Assembly (NCBI GenBank): GCA_035384565.1
Contig: DAOOIT010000017.1
Span: forward strand, 24,579 to 88,578
Length of the DNA stretch: 64,000 nucleotides
From: Planctomycetota bacterium
Lineage (GTDB): Bacteria; Planctomycetota; PUPC01; DSUN01
Direction: 5' to 3'
Shown: one piece after another, positions 59,834 through 64,000 of the stretch
Position numbering within the stretch: position 1 is the first letter of the stretch
How the letters are laid out: each line of letters begins with the position of its first letter
The notes under the pieces: model-generated
What the model saw: only the letters and a program-made list of their open reading frames with translations
Told to the model about the DNA's origin: nothing
Databases searched by the model: none
Position numbers and translations under genes: made by a program

Positions 59834-60541
59834 ATGAGCGATTCGCTGCTGCCCGCCGACGCGAATCGGCGGATGTTCGATGGCCTCGCGCCGCGGTACG
59901 ATCGGCTCAACCGCTTGCTGTCGCTGGGCCTGGACCGCGGCTGGCGACGCCGCGAGGCGGCGGCGCTGGCGCCGCGCGACGGCGAGCACTACCTCGACAT
60001 CGGCTGCGGCACGGGCGATGTGGCGCTGGAGGTTCTGCGCCGGGCTCCTGGCTGTCGTGTGACGGGCCTCGACCCCTCGCGGCAGATGCTCGCCGTAGCA
60101 GCGGCCAAGGCGGCCCGAGCAGGTGTGACGGATCGGCTGACGCTGGTGTCGGGCAGCGTGGCCGCCTTGCCTTTCGCCGAGGGGGTGTTTCATGGCATCA
60201 CGAGTGCGTTTGCGCTGCGCAGCTTCGCCGATCGCGCGCGGGCCTTCGCCGAGATGCGGCGGGTGCTGGCGCCCGGCGGGCGGGTGTCGCTGCTCGAGCT
60301 CACGGGGCCGAGCCACCGCCTGTCGCGCGCCGGCTACTGGCTCTACACGCGCACCTTCGGGGCGCTCATGTGCTGGCTCGTGTGCGGCGTGGTGAGCCCG
60401 TACCGCTTCCTGTGCCAGTCGGTAGATCGCTTCCCCGCCGCGGGCATCCCCGCCGAGTTGGGTACCGCGGGGTTCCAGGGCGCGTGCCGCCGGAGCCTGT
60501 CGGGCGGCATTGCCACGCTCTATCTCGCGCACGCGCCGTGA
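59834..60541 (+). CDS. UbiE/MenG-like SAM-dependent methyltransferase
   Basis: DIGCGTGD motif I. N-terminal FD..A..YD..N motif. Confidence 0.7.
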   Translation: MSDSLLPADANRRMFDGLAPRYDRLNRLLSLGLDRGWRRREAAALAPRDGEHYLDIGCGTGDVALEVLRRAPGCRVTGLDPSRQMLAVAAAKAARAGVTDRLTLVSGSVAALPFAEGVFHGITSAFALRSFADRARAFAEMRRVLAPGGRVSLLELTGPSHRLSRAGYWLYTRTFGALMCWLVCGVVSPYRFLCQSVDRFPAAGIPAELGTAGFQGACRRSLSGGIATLYLAHAP

Positions 60542-60624
60542 TGCCTCTGCCCCACCAAGGATGCCAACAGGTATTGCGCGCGTTGGCATTCTTGGTCGGC
60601 GCCCTTGTTGTCCCCGGCCGGCGC

Positions 60625-61962
60625 TCAGTGGTACTGCGGCAGCATGGGGCCGTGGGCCTCGATGAGGTCGTCGCAGAGGGCCTTGATCTGGTCGAGGGTC
60701 AGTTCGGCGCTGGTGTGCGGGTCCAGATAGGCGGCGTGGTAGATGGCGTCCTTGCGGCCGGTCAGGGCGGCCTCGATGGTGAGCAACTGCACGTTGATGT
60801 TCGTGCGGTTGAGTGCGGCGCACTGCTCGGGCAGGTCGCCCACGTAGGTGCCCTGCACGCCGTTGCGGTCCACCATGCAGGCGACCTCAACGCAGGCCTT
60901 GGCCGGCAGGTTGGTGATGAGGCCGGTGTTGAGCACGTTGCCGCCCACGCGGATCGGCACGTCGGTCTCCATCGCGTTCATGATGTACGAGCCGTATTCG
61001 TGGCTCTTGGTGTGGGTGAGGGCCTTGTTGGCGACGATCTCGTCGCGCTGCTTCTTCCAGCCGGCGATCTGGGCGATGCAGCGGCGCGGATACTCGTCGA
61101 GCGGGATGTTGAACTCCTCGATCAGCTCGGGGGCCGTGCTCTTGATCCAGTAGGGCTGGTACTCGGCGGTGTGCTCGGAGGATTCGGTGACGTAGTAGCC
61201 GAACTTGAGCATGAGCTCGAAGCGCACCATGTCCCAGTGCTTCTTGGCGCCCTTCTTGCGGGCCTCCTCATTCATCTTCGCGGCGCGGCGCTTGATCTCG
61301 GGGTAGAGGTCCACCCCGCCGTCGGTGATCTCGAGCAGCCAGCCCTGGTGGTTGATGCCGGCGATCTTCCACTGGAGCTTCTTGACCTGGTCGCGCAGGC
61401 CCACGTGGCGCAGCAGCCCCTCGGCGCAGCCCTGGACGGAGTGGCAGAGACCGACGATCTTCACGGGGGTGCCGAGGAGCACGGCCCCGGTGATCATCGC
61501 CATGGGGTTCGTGTAGTTGAGCATCCAGGCGTCGGGGCAGACCTTTTCCATGTCGCGGGCGAAGTCGAGCATGACAGGGATGGTGCGGAGCGCGCGGAAG
61601 ATGCCGCCGATGCCGAGCGTGTCGGCGATGGTCTGCCGCAGGCCGTACTTCTTCGGCACCTCGAAGTCAATGACGGTGCTCGGCTCGTAGCCGCCCACCT
61701 GGATGGCGTTGATCACGTAGTGGGCGCCCTTGAGGGCCTTGCGGCGGTTCTCGACGCCCAGGTGCGCGGTGATCTTCGCGCGGCCCGCGTTGATGTTGGC
61801 GTTGAGGGTGTCGAGCATGAGCTTCGACTCCTCGAGCCGCGTGGCGTCAATGTCGTAGAGCGCGATATGCGAGTCGCGCAGCGACTCGGTCAGCATCGCA
61901 TCGCCGAGGACGTTCTTGGCGAAGATCGTACTGCCTGCGCCCATGAAAGTGATCTTCGGCAT
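60625..61962 (-). CDS. Glycoside hydrolase family 4 (alpha-galactosidase/alpha-glucosidase, NAD-dependent)
   Basis: KITFMGAGSTIFAKNVLGD N-terminus typical of GH4. Confidence 0.85.
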   Translation of the reverse strand: MPKITFMGAGSTIFAKNVLGDAMLTESLRDSHIALYDIDATRLEESKLMLDTLNANINAGRAKITAHLGVENRRKALKGAHYVINAIQVGGYEPSTVIDFEVPKKYGLRQTIADTLGIGGIFRALRTIPVMLDFARDMEKVCPDAWMLNYTNPMAMITGAVLLGTPVKIVGLCHSVQGCAEGLLRHVGLRDQVKKLQWKIAGINHQGWLLEITDGGVDLYPEIKRRAAKMNEEARKKGAKKHWDMVRFELMLKFGYYVTESSEHTAEYQPYWIKSTAPELIEEFNIPLDEYPRRCIAQIAGWKKQRDEIVANKALTHTKSHEYGSYIMNAMETDVPIRVGGNVLNTGLITNLPAKACVEVACMVDRNGVQGTYVGDLPEQCAALNRTNINVQLLTIEAALTGRKDAIYHAAYLDPHTSAELTLDQIKALCDDLIEAHGPMLPQYH

Positions 61963-62077
61963 CCCACGGACTCCTTCGAAACGGGGGTGGACGGCTGCTC
62001 AAGGGCGTCCAGGATAGCCGAGAGCGGCGGAAAAGACAAGTGTTGACAGGCCTTTGCCGCGGGGGTATCCTCTGGGC

Positions 62078-63844
62078 ATGTCTCGCGCCGCGCGTCTGGC
62101 GAAGCTGCTGCTGTCGGTGGCCGGCCTCGTGCTGGGCGGCGAGGGCGCGCCCGAGGCGAAAGCGCCCCCGGCGCCCTCGTTCCCGCCCGTGTCGGGGCTG
62201 GAGGCCCTGCGCGGCGGCCTGCGGCCTCTGCCCGACGGGCGGGTGGAGCTGTACTACGACGGGTCCGACCCGGCGCAACTCGGCGACTGGCGCGTCGAGG
62301 CGGGCCCGGCGCCGCAGATGGCCGAGGGCGAGCTGCGCCTCGGCTCGGACGAGAGCCACACGCTGCGGCACGTGATGGACTTTCTGGGCGCGGTGGACGT
62401 TGCGGGCGCGTGCCGCATCGTGGAGCCGCTCGGCAGCCACGGGCATTGCTCGGTGGCCCTGCACGCCGGCCCGGGGCGCGGCTACTGGCTGAACCTGCGC
62501 GAGTGGCACCCGGAACTCTACCGCGAGGACGGACAGGCCGCCGTGCTGGCCGCAGCCGAGGCCCGGCTGCGCCAGGGCCTTACCCACACGTTTCACGTGG
62601 CGCGCGCAGGCAACCAGTTGCGCGCGTGGCTCGGCCAGGGGGTGCGGCTGCGCGCGCCCGACAGCGCCTACCACCAGGGCTCGGTGCTGCTCCGGGCCTG
62701 GCGCGTGCGGGCGGGGTTCCGCGGCCTGTGGCTGATGGGCCGGCCCGACCCGCAGTGGCTGGCCGCCAACCCGGGCGTGGCAGGCCAGCTCGAGGCCCTG
62801 CGCCTCTACCACGGCGGCGTGGCCGCGGTGCAGCCGCTCTGGGCGAGCGGGCAGCGCGCCGAGGCCCTTGCCAGGGCGAAGGCGCTCGCTGCCGAAGAAC
62901 CGTTTGCCAAGGCGCCCGCCGCTGCGAAGTGGCTCGTGGAGGATGCCCAGGCCGTGGCCGACTTCTGGCAGGCCGTCGAGACGGCCCTCGCCCGTCTCAA
63001 GCCGGGCGACGCGCTTCAGGCAGAGGGCGCCCAGGCCACGTTCCAGAGGTACGAGCAGGGCCTGCTCATCGTGCGGGCCGGCGGCGCCGACGTGCCGAAG
63101 AAGCCTGCCAGCCTTGCCGACGGCGAGCTTCTCGCCCTGGCCGCCCGCGTGCGGCAGGCCGAGGGGGGGCGCGATCACCTCGCCCTGGCGCTCCCGCGGC
63201 TGGGCGGCGACGGGGCCGACGCGGCCGCGGCGCTCGCGGAGCTCGAGCTGGCCCGGAAGGCGGGAGCGGATGTCGCCCGCCATCGCGGCCTGTTGATCCC
63301 ACGGCCGCCGACGGCCGAGAAGAGCGGCCTGCCGTCGCCGGCAGCCGGGCCGCGGGTGGCCTACGAGGGCAAGCCGCTCTACATCGAGGCCGAGGCGGCG
63401 GTCGCGCGGGTCGGCGCGATGGAGGTGGGGCGCGACGAGGCCGCCTCCGGCGGGCGCTTCGTGTGGGAGCCGCCCGATGAGGACGGCGGCCAGTACGGCA
63501 AGCCGTCGTCGCGGGTCGTGTTCCACGTGCTCGCGAACGAGCCCGCCACCGTCTACCTGTGGGCGCGGGTGCGGCCGCCCTCGTCCAGCGCCAACTCCTT
63601 CTTCGTCGCCGTGGCGCCCGAGGGGGTGGAGAGCCCGAGCCTGAAGGCGTGGCACCTCGCCCCAAAGGCCGGGTGGCACTGGGAGCCGTTCAACCTGGCT
63701 TCGGCCGTGGACGAGGGCAGCACGAGGCCCAGCCCGGTGCCGCTTCAGCCGGGGGTGAATGCTCTCGTCTTCGCGGTGCGTGAGCGCGCGGTGGGCCTCG
63801 ACAGGCTCTACCTCAGCAATGGCCCCGAGCCGCCGAGTCAGTAG
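62078..63844 (+). CDS. Secreted hypothetical protein with C-terminal carbohydrate-binding-like domain
   Basis: Signal peptide. C-terminal beta-sandwich-like pattern. The TTG at 62054 is an alternative start. Confidence 0.5.
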   Translation: MSRAARLAKLLLSVAGLVLGGEGAPEAKAPPAPSFPPVSGLEALRGGLRPLPDGRVELYYDGSDPAQLGDWRVEAGPAPQMAEGELRLGSDESHTLRHVMDFLGAVDVAGACRIVEPLGSHGHCSVALHAGPGRGYWLNLREWHPELYREDGQAAVLAAAEARLRQGLTHTFHVARAGNQLRAWLGQGVRLRAPDSAYHQGSVLLRAWRVRAGFRGLWLMGRPDPQWLAANPGVAGQLEALRLYHGGVAAVQPLWASGQRAEALARAKALAAEEPFAKAPAAAKWLVEDAQAVADFWQAVETALARLKPGDALQAEGAQATFQRYEQGLLIVRAGGADVPKKPASLADGELLALAARVRQAEGGRDHLALALPRLGGDGADAAAALAELELARKAGADVARHRGLLIPRPPTAEKSGLPSPAAGPRVAYEGKPLYIEAEAAVARVGAMEVGRDEAASGGRFVWEPPDEDGGQYGKPSSRVVFHVLANEPATVYLWARVRPPSSSANSFFVAVAPEGVESPSLKAWHLAPKAGWHWEPFNLASAVDEGSTRPSPVPLQPGVNALVFAVRERAVGLDRLYLSNGPEPPSQ

Positions 63845-64000
63845 GAAAGAACTGCCTGTAGGGGGTTTCCCCCCAGGCCCTGGGTGAGATTTCCCGGGAG
63901 GGCGGGGGTGCGGGGGAGGGAGCCCCTCTCGAAAGAGGGGTTCCCTCCCCCGCAGGCTCGCGCCAGAATCTCATCGCTCTTCTGTCATGCGTCGAAGAAT

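Overview
This is a high-GC (about 68-70%) chromosomal segment with a Planctomycetes-like gene repertoire: many Tat-signal proteins, sulfatases, Gfo/Idh/MocA oxidoreductases and PA14 and TPR proteins. I support about 57 protein-coding genes and found no rRNA, tRNA or CRISPR array. Housekeeping anchors are gatC (3' end), a FabZ-like dehydratase, a long co-directional minus-strand block (rpsO, pnp, cspA-type cold-shock protein, a histidine kinase with a sigma54 response regulator, a YgiQ radical SAM protein, a GT2 glycosyltransferase, an ECF sigma/anti-sigma pair), parA-parB with two parS-like sites, scpA, a site-2 protease homolog and a ubiE/menG-like methyltransferase. Accessory content includes a PspA/NfeD-like/flotillin membrane-stress module, a sulfatase/carbohydrate-processing island, and a three-gene radical-SAM cluster in which one rSAM enzyme and the DUF362 protein carry apparent Tat export signals. 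Outside the genes, the window is unusually rich in intergenic palindromic repeat families. There is a MITE-like element with about 30-bp terminal inverted repeats in long and short versions whose CTAG ends coincide with the stop codons of flanking genes. Four further families are each present twice, one with compensatory stem changes between copies. A 280-bp near-perfect palindrome, a 940-bp composite of these repeats upstream of parA, and an 880-bp C-depleted, G-tract-rich lower-GC island downstream of parB complete the set. Coordinates read from the sequence may be off by a base or two; a few start codons are ambiguous and flagged. Many long opposite-strand ORFs in the track are GC-frame shadows and were rejected.
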